From positions 19,654,001-19,718,000 of the forward strand of contig OY740802.1 in assembly GCA_963514005.1 (NCBI GenBank): a stretch of 64,000 nucleotides of DNA, written 5' to 3'. The notes under the pieces were generated by a model. That model was not told the DNA's origin. It did no database searches and was given only the letters and a program-made list of their open reading frames with translations. Position numbers and translations under genes: made by a program. Of the stretch, positions 51,031 through 64,000 are shown piece after piece (position 1 is the first letter of the stretch; every line of letters starts with the position of its first letter). The stretch comes from Raja brachyura. Lineage: Eukaryota.

Positions 51031-54000
51031 AGTAGGGTATTCCCATTCACAGTGATCATGGGGGATGAGGAGGCATTGTTAGGATAAGGCAAAATAACAG
51101 AATGATGACAAAAGTATTCAAAGTAAACTATACACAGTTTTAAAAGCGCTTGTGCTAAAATCCGCTGTCTAGTCTCAAACTATGTTTGAGAAATTGGGCT
51201 CCTCTATCCAGTTAGATTAAGTCCTATCAAATAGATTTGTAGGATGTTGGGATTTACTTTTAGGTATTCAATTGGCCATGATGCCGGCCTGGGCAACAGA
51301 TTGCAGTCAATAAGACTTTGGTAACAGTTGTTGGTATAAAACAGTTCTAGTCGTTGGATTAATTGTTAAGTGCATAGATGCAATTCAGGTGTACCTGCAA
51401 CAGTTATTTTGTTAAATGGTTAATTAGTAAGTGCCATCTAGGTCATTGTTAACACCAGCTGAAATTAATAATGTCACGATGATGGACAAACAGTGTTCAT
51501 TACTGCTCTAGTAGTTGTTAAGTAAACCTTTTATTCTATTGCAAATTGGTGCTAATGGCCTAAATGGGAAATGGTGTCAGCAGGGCTTTGTAGCAGGCCT
51601 GCTTTATGGCTCCCTCATGTACGAGGTGAGCATGTGGGATTGGTATAGTTTAACGCCGAGTCTGAGGGTATAGCCATAGAGCATGCCCAAGAGATCGGGG
51701 CATGTGCCAGAGGTCTATGCCTGGCAAGAAAGTTACCATCCCAAACACAATATGCAGTGAACACCGCTCTCAGGGGGACATTACAGTTGGCTGCCGAATC
51801 CTCTATTCAGGTAAGACTTTTCCATAGGTGTAACCTGGAGGGCGAGGCACAAGCTATTGGAACAAGCAAGGTTTCATAGTTTTGGCAACAATGCATCCCA
51901 TGTCTTTTTTGGCAGTAGCGGTTCACTGAAGTTGCTGGCAGCATGAAAGCTGGTCAGAGGTTCCATGCACTGGACTTGTGCTACTCTACAATTAAGGGAC
52001 CACTTGCAGTTTGGTAAGGTGTATACTTAGTTATACAGTACAAATGATTGAGACATTATCAGCTACTTTGAACGGTAAATGTAAAATGTACAATATTGGT
52101 TTTCAAGCAGGTTAGAGTGGACAGGTTCAGTATAAGGACCAAGATTGTCTTGCTAGACTGGCTCGGAAATCGGGCCACAGTTGCTATTTAAGGTAGTTAC
52201 CAAGTCGCTGAAAGATCATCTCGAGTTTGGAGATGGAACAGATTTGCATGACTTGCCCAAAAAGTTCTGTTATTAGTATCAACTATTTATAGACTCTACG
52301 GGCATTGTATGGGCTATAGAGTGATTGGACAAATAAGCATATTGTCATGCTCATGTTCAGGTTGATGCATTGTGATGATGGCATATGTTAGTCACGAGGG
52401 TGTAATCGGTTAAAGAATCACTGGAATGGTTACATAGTTTTGTTGCCACAGGAGAATCATCAAGTGTGGGTAATGGCAACACAGAGTTGGTGTTGAATTG
52501 CACTGTATTATGAAATTCTGGTTCAATGGAACACCTAATATGAATATATGTATATGTGTATACATATGTATGTTGGTTTCATGTTTATTTCACTGGTTGC
52601 AAAATATTTGGCATAGCAGTGGTGAAAGATACATTCTCGCCAAAAGGAGCAGGTGGGTCTTTTATGGCTACCTCCATTTTGTCTCATCAATCGAGGTTTC
52701 AAATAAAGTCATTAAGAGCTTTAAGTTCCTATTGTGTGATTATGCAAATTGATTCCCGATTTGTTGCGAATAATTATATAACCTTATTGGTTATTTTAAA
52801 CTTGAATTTGCTTGTTCAGCCTGAGGCTTCGGAAATCAGATGTTGCATGATAAACTCAAATTTATGTTCTGCAGGTCTAACAAACTGTCCTAAGGTTTGG
52901 TTTGTTACATCTATCCTTCTATGTGTTCAAAGTGTTTGCATAGCACCAAACAGCTGAATTTCTTTTCCAGGAGATGAAAGAGTTTGTTATGCTTATGTTC
53001 CATGGAAAATGGTATTGATTGCTAATGTTTCAAGTTCATGCTAAATGATCGTCTGTTACTTATGGAGTTATACGGCCATTAATTGGCTCGATGAGCTTCC
53101 TCATTGAATTGGCTGTAGCAAACAAGACTCGCTGTCGGGCCCACACTGGTTATCAAGGGGTAGGATATCTTCAACATGGGTCCCAGGACCAGTATAATGC
53201 CATATGCGATGTTGATATTTGTGAACACTATTTCACCAGGAGGCAGCAACTATATCCTTAAATTTGGTTGGAGTTTATTAGGTAGTTATCCTTCTGGCAC
53301 TGGTTTAGTGCAGCAGGTTCAGTCGCTAAATAATTGTGATGGTACAGGATGATAATGTCTGTAAATTATAATATATAATATGTTATAAATACTTGAGCAG
53401 ACCAGAAGGGGGTCAGGTCTCAAAATAGTCACAGGCATACCAGGGGACCTTTGATAAGGTAAGCACACATGTACACAACAATATGTCAAGGTCATCAAGA
53501 GCCTTGGAGTTCTGGACTAGCAATGTTGTTAGTCACAAAGAATTTGGGAGAACGTATTGTTCATGGCATTCCAGATGAGGAAAACGGAATTATGTTATGT
53601 ACTAATGGATTCTGTTTCCAGATCTCATTCCACCAGGGCTGCTACAACATCAGCAGCAAGGGTATTTATGTTCCGCTGGGTCGCATTGTTGCGGCTGGAG
53701 CATGGTCCATCGAATGAATCTCCAAACATCTGTAAGGAACCATTGGTGCACCAGGAGTATTGTTAACTCTATTTATGTTCTGGTTATATGTTCCATCTGG
53801 GTGAGAGATGGAAATATTATTGTTTCATTTAAACAGCATCAGCATGTTTTACATCTATGTTATGACTGTATGCATTATGAATGTTTTCCCTTCATTTGTC
53901 AATGAAGCAGCTGTGGTTGTGTATACTCGTTTCACACGGCATGAAATCACAGAGCTTTGAAGTCTTCACGTAGTCACTCACGTGACTCCGAAGTAAAATA

Positions 54001-54704
54001 GTAAGATTAAACAAGAACTTACCAGTTTGAAGTTTGATCTTTATTTTATGAGGAGTCGAGTTGAGGGACTACGTGCCCTCCGCTCCCAGCCCTCATAGAT
54101 TTCATCTGGTAGTTCTAGTCTTTATCTTACATTATAGTTCAGTTCTTATTTGCTGTGATTTCACACCGTTGTTTTGAAGATTGACGCACGAACGGCTGTA
54201 CGGGGTTCTTCACGTAGTCCCTCAACTCGACGACTCATAAAATAAAGATCAAACTTCAAACTGGTAAGTTCTTGTTTAATCTTACTATTATATGCTTAAA
54301 TTCTGAACCCATGACAGGCTACCAAAAACTGATGAGAAAGAATGGACGATCACCAAATAACAATGAAGCAGTTGATTAAGAAGCAGAAAGTGCATGAATA
54401 GCAAAGAACACATTGGAGTTGCACTGACTATTTTAGATATTCTCTGCCCATCAATCCTTAGTCGCAGAGGACATAAGGCTTTTTGAAGGCCCACCTTGGT
54501 TAGATTGTCCTAAGGATCAACAGTCAAACACTCTGAAGGGTCACCTCTGGCTCAGTTGTCAGTGAGAAAGCTATGGGTTCAAGTCTCTCCCAAGAGACTT
54601 GAGCACAATAAATGTTCCCAATATTCAAGTACAACAAGGAAGGAGTGCTATACTGCTGATGGGACTTCATAGCACCAATAATACAGCCATCAGCAATATT
54701 AGAC

Positions 54705-55885
54705 ATAGGTGAGGTGCCGGAAGACTAGAAGGTGGCTAATGTTGTGCCTATATTTAAAAATATAGGCACTGCAAGGAAAAGCCTGGGAATCAATCTAACA
54801 TTGATAAGATATTAGACTCTTACCATCCTGGTAGGCAGGTTACTGGAGAGAATTCTGAGGAATAAGATATATATGCATTTGGATAGGCGGGGCTGGTTAG
54901 GGGTAGTCGGCATGGGAGATTGTTTCTGAGGAATCTGATTGAGTATTTTAGAAGTAACCAAAAAGGTTGATGGGAGCAAAGCCATTGACGTTATCTATAT
55001 GGACTTCAGCAATGCATTTGATAAAGTTCTGCATGGTAGGCTGCCCTGGATGGTTAGATCGCATGAAATCCTGCGAGAGTCTGCCGACTAGATAAAGAAT
55101 TGGCTTCATGGAAGGAATGTGGTGGTGGAAAGTTGTTTTTGGCCTGGGGGCCTGTGACTAGTGGTGTGCCTCAGAGATCGATACTGGGCCCGTCATGTTT
55201 TTGGTTCAAATCAACGATTTGGATGAGAATGTGGGAATTTGGGAAGTCAAAACAGGGCAGGACCTACACAATGAATGGCAGGGCTGTGGGGAGTATTTTA
55301 GAGTAGATGGAGTTTCGCGTGTAGGTACACAGTTCCTTGAAAGTGAGTCACAGGGAGATAGGGTGGTTAAAAAGACTTTTGGCACATTGGCCTTCATCAG
55401 TCAGTGCATGGAGTACAAGTTTTGGATTTTATGTTAGAGTTGTACAAGATTTTGTTTAACAACGCATTTGGAGTATTGTGTTCAATTTTGGTCACCCTGA
55501 AATAGGAAGGATGCTGTTTAGTTGGAAAGAGTGCAGACATATGATTTTGAGGATGCTGCCAGGACTTGAGGGCCTGAGAGAGGTTGGCTTGGCTAGGACC
55601 AGGAAATAGATAGGGTGAATGCATAGAGAATGTTACCCAGAATAGAGGAATCAAGAACCAGATTTAAGGTGAGAGGGGAAAGATTCAACAGGAACCTGAG
55701 GGATAAAAGAGACAAGCTGCCATAGGAGATACTTGAGGCAGGTGCAATAACATAATTTAAAGGTAATTTGAATGGTACATAGATGAGAAAGGTTTAGAGA
55801 GATCAGGGCCAAACATAGACTTGTGGGACTACTGTAGATGGGGCATCTTGGTCATTATGGGCAAGTTGGACCAAAGGGCTTGTTT
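54705..55885 (+). mobile_element. CR1 LINE RT-to-3' fragment, internally deleted
   Basis: GEVPED..VANVVPIFK, YMDFSNAFDKVLH, VTSGVPQRSILGP; CTCTGA tail. Confidence 0.88.
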
Positions 55886-56249
55886 CTGAGCAGTCTGACT
55901 CTGACACCCAATGACTTTTGCACTGCCTTTCAAATAGCACATCATCCTGAAATGCTCGGTCTGCTTAATCAAAAGAAAAACTTGAGAGATTGTGTGATAG
56001 TCGTTCTGTTGATGTGGCCAATATTCATTGTTCATTGAATAAGTTATTTGGTCATTATCATTTTACTAATTGTTTCAGTTTATTGTCTGCTTTCTGACTG
56101 TCGTTTCACAAATCAACTTTCTTTTTTAATCCCTCACAATCACGGAAATTTGCTTCCACTTTATTTCTTGTGTTCTGAGGTGATTGAGAAGACTTGCAGA
56201 TTCTTCTGAAGATGGATTAGGAGATGTTCAACAGGATAGACTTTGTGAT

Positions 56250-56685
56250 ATGGTGCCCTTCCACCACATACGCTGGGCTCTTTGTGTTCCTGGTGCATGG
56301 ACATGAGGGTCTCAGTGCCGTCCCAAATGTTTCTTCTCCACTTTGAGCTGTCATGGGACAGGGATTCCCAGGTGCCAGTGAGGCCGTTGTATCATTTTAA
56401 ATAAACTTTGCGGACATCCTTGTACCATCTCATCTGTCTACTGGATATGAGCTTCCCATCACTGCACTAGGAACAGAGTGCCTGCTTCAAGAGTTTAGTG
56501 TTGAGCATACAAATGATATGGTCTACCCAGTGATGCTGACTGAATAGAATTCCTGTTGATATTGCCTTGGGGGAGGACGCAAATATTGGTTCACTTTTCC
56601 TTTCAATTCATTTGGTAGATTTTGTTCGAAGAGCCTCGGACACTTTGGGATGTCTCCTGTAGTCCAGGTCTCAAAGTATAGCTTA
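56250..56685 (-). mobile_element. RTE-clade LINE 3' remnant
   Basis: Decayed QYQQEF..SITG and RWYKDVRK coding on the minus strand. Confidence 0.5.
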
Positions 56686-56869
56686 TAATTTGGAGCATCA
56701 CTACAATAGTAATCACGCTTCAAAAGTACATCATTGGCTTTGGTGCATCCCAAGAATGATCCCAAATAAATGTAAACTCCTTTTTGATGCAGTCAGTATC
56801 ACAACCCAATGCAGAGATTTACATTAGTGATGATACTTACGATTAGCCACCTAATATGCCAATATATAT

Positions 56870-57092
56870 ATTCATAGAGTCATACTGCATGGAAACGGGT
56901 CCTTCAGCCCAACTTGCCCACACTGACCAACATGCCCCATCCACACTAGTACCACCTGCCTGCTTTTGGCCCATATCCCTATAAACCTACCCTATCCATG
57001 TACCTATCTAAATGTTTCTTAAACATCATAATATTACCTGCCTCACCTACCTCCTCTGACAGCTTGTTCCATACACCCACCACCTTTTGTGT
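56870..57092 (-). mobile_element. CR1 3' end
   Basis: TQKVVGVWNKLSEEVGEAG..FKKHLDRYM. Confidence 0.85.
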
Positions 57093-57889
57093 ACATCTGA
57101 TCATTTTCTGACACTTAGACCTATTCCAACCCATCCAAATACATTTAAAGTTACTGAGATGTAGCACTACTATTTTTAGAAATTCTATTCTCTTTCTCTG
57201 AGTCAAGAATAGAGTATGTTAAATTATTAACGTCTAGAGATTTTTTGTTGGATGAACTCTAATTATCAGGGAAGAAATTTAATTTCTTGTCACATTTTCT
57301 TCGAGGTTACAAAATTACAAAATATGTACAGTACCCGTAGTCAGGATTGAACCCGGGTCTCTGGCACTGTAAGGCAGCAATGCTACCGCTGTGCCACTGT
57401 GCCCTTTGTGTCTTCTGGAGAACACGGATGGGCAATGTCTCGGGTTGAGACCCTGCTTCAGCCTGAAACGTTGCATATCCATGTGAAATGTGTATCCTTC
57501 TATAACCTCAGTGAGGAAGTGATAGCCACATGGCTATTAGCCTTAGCAGTCCTGTGATTACACCATATTCAGAACAGATCTGTATTACTAATAAATTGCA
57601 ACTAAATCAGATCTTCCACACTGTCAACAGTGCAATGCTGAGTGTCAGCTGCCCATCCCTACGGTATTCCTGATTTTCACTGCTGGTGCTAGCTTAAGGC
57701 AGCAGTGGCAATTTCCACCTAGCCCCAATGGTGGTGACTATCTCGAAGCTGGTGGATAGTGTGATCTTCTGCAAGCCACCTGTACTGGGACTCTGACCAT
57801 TAAACGCAGTGGAACACAACATTAATGAAAGACAAGCTTCCCAAGGAAAACTGTTTATATTTATCAAAGTGACTTTCAATAATGGAACG

Positions 57890-58030
57890 AGTCTGAAGAA
57901 GGGTCCCAACCCAAAACATTATCTGACAGTCTGAAGGGTCCCGACCTGAAACATCATCTGTCCATTTCCTCCAAAGATGATGCCTGACCAGTTGAGTTAT
58001 TTCAGCACTTAGTGTTATGCTCAAGATTTC
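57890..58030 (+). mobile_element. Penelope/hammerhead-type unit with duplicated motif head
   Basis: GTCTGAAGAAGGGTCCCAACCCAAAACAT followed by GTCTGAAGGGTCCCGACCTGAAACATC. Confidence 0.7.
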
Positions 58031-59621
58031 ACATATCTACATTTTAACAATATAATTACTGTTACTGTGTAGATAGGTCAACTCTTTTTCTAAATGTAAT
58101 AAAAGTACATTTTTCATTCATTTAATATTTTTTCTACATGCCCTCTGTGTTACTGGATGTTTGTGAGTCACAAACATTCACACTGATTGTACTGACCGCC
58201 CAAGGTTGAGGTAGAGCCCCACTGAGTGAAGACGGAGTCTATGAGAACAACTGTCTGTATCCTCTCCTCCTAGAGGTTTCAGTGAGGTCAAGCTCATATC
58301 TGGAAGATTAATTACAGTTGAGTTATGCTGAAGGGGAAAGAAGAATCATGACATACATCCTTTCCGACCTCAGGATAAAATTGAATTTGGCTATTGCTGC
58401 TAAAGCAACGAACAGTAGAGCGGAAACAGGCCCTTTGGCTCGTCATGCCCATGTGCCTATCTACATTAATCCCGGTTTCCAGCACTTGGCCCGTGGCCTT
58501 CCTTACCATGGCATTTCATGCTACCGGTATCCTGTACTGACGTGTCATCTCATGCATAAACATACATTGATAAGTGGAGGGGCTTAATTTTCTATATTTA
58601 CATGTTCCTCATCCCCTGCTCTGTTCCATCCCCTTCCATTTAAACCCTCCTCAGCAATATTAGTAAACTCCCACGGAAGACTGTTACACTCATTCGAATT
58701 TAGATAAACCCTGTTAGTCTTGCACAGGTCACACTTTCCCTAGAAATGATACCAGTGACATTGTAATCTAAATCCATTCCTGTTGCACCATCTCTTCACC
58801 CAAGCATCCGTAGAGACATAGTCATGGAGTCATACAGCACTGAAACAGGCTCTTCAGCCCAGCATGCCCATGCCGACCAATATGCCCCATTTACACTAGT
58901 CTACATCTTCACTAGTCCACATCTTCACCAGAACGAAATCCTGCTTCACATTAAATATTTAAATGATTGAACTTATTTTGCAATATTGCATCAATTAAAG
59001 CAGAATAACTAGAATGTCTGGCAATCAATTTCAAGTTCATGAGTAGTCTTCTCAGCAACTATGTCAAGCTTCACCAATATTAACACTGGTGTGAAATCTG
59101 CGGCCATATGTTGAGAGAGGAAGCAATGGGTCAGGGGGGAGCAGATGTATGAGCAGGCTGAGATCAGATAACATTAATTTCCCAATTAAGGTGTATTTTC
59201 ACTCATTTTAATGAATGAAAGCTGTGATTTATGCAATCATGATTTCTTTGTGTGCAGATAATGAGTGAACACCCTGGTCAGTAAAAAAAACCTTTACAGA
59301 GTTGGGTGAACAAAGTAGATGTAAGCTATTGGGTTACCAAGCAGAGGATAGTTTAGTATGCTCAGTAGGTCAGACGAGAGACAGACATACTTAATCTTTC
59401 AGGTTGATGACCTTTCATCATCTCTTAAGATAAAATATTATCAGCCTGAAACATTAACTCTGTTTCACTCTCCACAGATGCCCCATGACCTACTGAGTGT
59501 TTTGAGCAACTTTGTTTTTATTTCAGATTTGCACCATCTGCAGTTTTACATTTACTTTTCAGTACAAGACTGGTCTGTGGATACCCTGCATTGGGATGAG
59601 TTGGGGAAGGGACAACAGTCT

Positions 59622-61200
59622 TGTAGTGTAAGGGTTAAACAGCCAATTTCAGCTAAAATGTGGGGGTGGAAGATTGCACCCTTCACGTGGTCCGCCCTGT
59701 TTCGACTAATGCAATCAACTCGACGTGCACAAACGGAAGATCAAATAGAACAAGTTGGCCTACAACTTTAGGCTGTGCACACCACACGAAAGAAGAAGAA
59801 GCTAAATTGGCTGTTTGGCTCGGGGAGGAGACAGTGGCGCGGTCTGCTCTGATAAGAAATGCCATAAAGATTGGTGTTGGGCGCCCTTTCGGTGAGAGAA
59901 CCTCAGCCTTAAATCGTGTCGCGAACGGTGTCTGATGCTCTCGAACAGGACACCCTGTGGCATGCTCTGCTGTGTACTCTGGGTTTGCAAGTGCGTGCGG
60001 GGATATTCGAGGATACGTGAGTGTATGTGCCTTATTTAGTAGTGTAATAAATTACTGAGTGAATCAAAACTCTGTTATCTGAATCCAGTGATTTATCAAA
60101 CCGCCACAATATTTGGCGGCGCCGGCAGGATTCAGATAACAGACACTTAGTAATAAATAATGTGCAAGTCAAAGAAAGCATTGGAGCCTGCAACTTGTTG
60201 GAATCCAGGGTGGGTGGATAGTAATTGCTCAGTCCATCCGGGACGCCCATCGACTGGTCCGATGCACTAAACAAATACTAATGTTACAATTGGACACCAT
60301 TTATTGACGCAGTTAAAAGAGAGCGGATTCCCTGAGGAAAAGGGGAGCTTCAAAGGGAGCTTTAAACCATTCTGGCTGTTACTATCAATAGTTAAATCTC
60401 AACATGAGAATCTTAAACAAAAAGGGCAAGAAGTAAAAAAACTTAAAAGACAAAATTGATAAATTAAAGGAGCACCCACTGACTCTATCAGAGACAGTGG
60501 AGAAATCCAGAAACCGGGTAGCGGGGATGGGAGCTGAGGCGGCTAAGAGCGCGGACTGGCAAGTTGACCTGATTAAAGTCTGTTCATTAATGATAAGGGG
60601 GGAGGACGTTAATACCTGGGATGGGGACACCTAGTATGATAACCACAGTGGGAAACAGGCAGTGGACCAGGGTCCTACCTTTCCCCACCGACAGACTTAC
60701 GACCCCCCCATGGACCACAGCCGAGGAGGGGGCAGTAGCACGACAATGGGCCCTAATTATGTCCTTGAATGATGACGACTGGAATTATGAGAGTCCTGAG
60801 GACTGTGACTTTACTGCCCCCCTCCTTTCTTATTTGGTTATGACTGCAGCTCCTGGCACCAGTGGGGTTGTACTCCTGCTCCTGGGACCGGCAGTTATGG
60901 AATCTGCAGTCCTCAATGCACTCGAGGGATTGGACCATTTGACTGACCATGCCTCCTTGAGGCGACAGTTCGTTTTGCCACCATTTCGGCACTCAGGGCT
61001 TGGATCGCCTGCCCTGCCTCTACTAGCCCCAGAGTGGTCCTATTATCTGTGATGTGGGACATGTGCACAGACCCAGCATGAAGTGCTCACACTCAGTTTA
61101 CATAGGTACGCAGTTTACATAGGTACGCAAAGGTCAGCAGTGGTGGCCTGGAATGACCACGAGACTACGAACTGTGTGTGACCATAAACCTGTCCACCTG
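59622..61200 (+). mobile_element. Truncated LTR retroelement (ERV or Ty3/Gypsy): 5' LTR 59622-60108, PBS 60114-60133, gag-like remnant
   Basis: TGTAGTG...CGCCACA termini; AATAAA at 60046; PBS TGGCGGCGCCGGCAGGATTC (tRNA-Ser-like); coiled-coil-like HENLKQKGQEVKKLKDKIDKLKE at ~60402-60630. Right boundary uncertain. Confidence 0.65.
59658..59799 (+). mobile_element. 142-bp retroposon 3' end with (GAA)n tail, inserted in the LTR
   Basis: 7-bp TSD AGCTAAA at 59651-59657 and 59800-59806. Confidence 0.7.
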
Positions 61201-63177
61201 GACAAAATTGGCAAGGCCCATGTTAAGGATTATATTTGAGAATGCAGAGGTCAGAGTTCTCACCGAGGATAAAGAACTGCACCTGAGTGATAGCCCTTTA
61301 GGCAGCACAGTTTCACAGTGCTGACTGTCCAATGAATAAATCAGATTGTTTTTCTTACCAACGAGATTGAAAATTTTATAGCGGATGAATTTTGTCTGTG
61401 TATCACATTTGACATTAATAGGAAGTGTTTATTGCTGAAGAAAAATGTGAGGAAGAATATAAATACTGCCGAAAGTGACAAAGTAAAATTCCTAATGGGC
61501 ACTAAGGAATTCAGAACGATGTACAAAATTATTCTAATTTGGGCTAATCGAATTTGTAACGGCATGAGCGATTTCTTTGAATTTTAGTGAACAAGTTTCA
61601 AGTCTGTTATGTTTGGGTATATTTCTGCCTCCAATAACACCATGCCTTGTGAATATGATTTAAAGAAGATATCCCCCAAGAGATATTTTGATTTGCCTGT
61701 ATTAAAATGGTGAACTAATCATTTCAGATAACATTCTTGAGAGAGTGAAAACTTATCTTAAGGCCCTTGACATTTAACAAACCAGAAGTAGAAGTAGAAT
61801 GAAACAAGAAAATTAATGAGAACTCACTGAAGAAATTGTAGGTTTATTGACAAATTAAATCACATAGCTTTCAATGCAGGGATATTTAGACATATTAAGT
61901 AACATATTTTTGGATGCAAGTATGATTACTATTGGGAGCAGTCTTGAAGTTTGATATGAATACTAATACTACAAATCTAACTAATCTTACTTTATTTTGC
62001 AAGGTGTTCAACCATTAATTTACCTGAGAAACCACTGAAATGGTATATGCCAAAACATTAGCAATGTTAAGCCACTGCAATGCCTCAGCTGTAAGAGAAG
62101 TGTTTACATTGCAGTTGTATGTCCTTCTTAAACTATGGATGTAATCCTCTGGAAGAGGAGAATTTAATGGTTATGCAAATGTTATCACCAACATGGCTAA
62201 GTGGTAGTGTGAATGATGGGGTATTCCCAGCTGTGTGCAACCATCAAAGTGCCCGAAGATGAATCACGTATTGAAGCTGTTCATTGATTTCTTGAAAATG
62301 AATTTGTTGAAATTGATAACCAAAGGTTCTTCAAAGTTATAAAGATATTGATGCGTTCCTGATGGATTGCTTGAATTGCAGTGGATGTGGGCTTGAAATA
62401 AGACTACAGATATCCATACATTGAGAACAGTTCGTCTGGCTATTAGTGTAAATGTGTTTTCTTTAAGTGAGCCATAAAGGAATGAAATCACTGGAAATTC
62501 AGGAAGATCATATGGCCTAGATATCTGTGGGAAGCTGAGAAGAAATCAAGGGAGCCGAGAAGTGGCCAGTGAGGTTGGTGAGGTTAGGATGTGGAAGTTC
62601 TGTTATTCATGGCAGGATCTCACTACTTTCTACTATCCACTGGATGGCTAAGTTAGCAAAGTGCCTTATATCTGGGCAATTAAACCAGCGATTATTAGCA
62701 ATATTAAGCCCACTGAGGCACCTCAGCTGTATAAGGAAATGTTTGCATTGTAGTTGTACGTCCTTCTTAAGCTATAGACGTAATCTTGCACAGGAGGAGA
62801 ATCACAACTGGGATCCTTGGGAAAGGCACTTTGTAATCCTGGGTTTGTGAGAAAGAGGAGAATGATAGTTAAGTGGCCTTAGAGTGAGATTAGTGACCAA
62901 GGTGGGGTACAAGAAGATTGGGCAGCGAAAGTGGTTGAATGCCTCCTTCAGAGACTGGAGAACTTTCCTGCTCACCTTGGCCACAAGGATGAAGCTGCAT
63001 AAGGCATTCATCCAACTGCTGTGATTCTTGAACATTCGAAGATCAGTAGACGCCTATAAATATGGTTCTCAGTTCCATCCCGGAATCGGGATGTAAAAAT
63101 GAATGAAATGATCCCACACCCTGTTGACACTTATACACAATGTTCCTCTTAACTGGAAGGGTGGTAACAAATATATT

Positions 63178-63596
63178 CATAGAAACATAGAAAATAGGTG
63201 CAGGCTATGCAGACCATTCGGCCCTTCGAGCCAGCACCGCCATTCATTGTGATCATGGCTGATCATCTACTATCAATAACCCGTGCCTGCCTTCACCCCA
63301 TATCCCTTGACTCCACTAGCCCCTAGAGCTCTATCAAACCCTCTCTTAAATCCATCCAGTGATTTGGCCTCCACTGCCCTCTGTGGCAGGCAATTCCATA
63401 AATTCACAACTCTCTGGGTAAAAAAGTTTTTTTCTCACCTCAGTCTTTAATGACCTCCCCTTTATTCTAAGACTGTGGCCCCTGGTTCTGGACTCACCCA
63501 ACATTGGGAACATTTTTCCTGCATCTAGCTTGTCCAGTCCTTTTATAATTTTATATATTTCTATAAGATCCCCCCTCATCCTTCTAAACTCCAGTT
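63178..63596 (-). mobile_element. Young CR1 3' end
   Basis: LEFRRMRGDLIEIYKIIKGLDKLDAGKMFPMLGESRTRGHSLRIKG; (CATAGAAA) tail. Confidence 0.92.
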
Positions 63597-63599
63597 TAG

Positions 63600-64000
63600 A
63601 GAATTCAAAATGGCGGCGGCGCGGGTGCATCGCGGCGCCCCGGGTCTCCCTTGGATCAGCGAACTCTACCTCACCTTACTACTTGTTTTGAGTCTGCTCA
63701 CACAGAGCAGTCTCTCTATCATCCACTATAGCCGGCAGGAACTTTTAAATCTCGGTTCCTGCGGCTATAGCGTTGCCCCGGTCGACTTTCCGGACGAACT
63801 CCGGCTCCCTCCTGCACTCACCTTCACCATGGATCTGCGCGGCGGCGGATCCGCGGGGCGGCGAATCTGTGGAGCTGCGGGGCGGTAGACCTGAGGACCG
63901 CACCAAGTCGGCCCGGGCGTCCGGAGGCGCACACAGATGGTGACGGGCCCGAAAACATTGCCATGGATCTCGAGGTCGGTTGAAGGCAAGGTTGGAGCGA
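63600..64000 (+). mobile_element. Probable 5' end of a Rex1/Babar-like LINE (continues beyond window)
   Basis: CAAAATGGCGGC start, CpG-rich, and a YSRQELLNL motif typical of 5' regions of this group. Confidence 0.55.

Larger units (their letters stand above)
49600..54289 (+). mobile_element. Structurally complete, coding-defective DIRS1-like element (~4.7 kb)
   Basis: Left terminus 49601-49661; right ITR 54182-54219 complementary to 49624-49661; ICR 53963-53998 complementary to the left end (36/36) and 53999-54075 complementary to right end 54211-54287 (75/77); YR remnant SHSTRAATTSAA..VPLGRIVAAGAWS at ~53620-53715. Confidence 0.93.

Overview
This is eukaryotic, repeat-dense DNA with no confidently identifiable host gene. 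The repeat complement (HE1/V-SINE-like and Deu-domain SINEs, CR1, Rex1/Babar, RTE, L2, L1, Penelope, DIRS) points to a cartilaginous fish, probably a skate or ray. Almost every supplied ORF is spurious or a transposon remnant. Main content: (1) three DIRS1-type tyrosine-recombinase retroelements. One (49600-54289) has intact inverted termini and ICR and decayed ORFs, and carries two tandem arrays of multi-hairpin units whose stems show compensatory changes, a candidate structured-RNA system. (2) Roughly 18 short Penelope-derived units carrying a minimal hammerhead-ribozyme-like motif, several with their own 10-15 bp target-site duplications (TSDs) and one in fold-back form. (3) Five Harbinger-like MITEs and one MITE with a 7-bp TSD. 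(4) A truncated LTR element with a tRNA-Ser-like primer binding site (PBS). (5) A few weak exon candidates. All family assignments were made by eye from motifs, and boundaries of decayed repeats are approximate.
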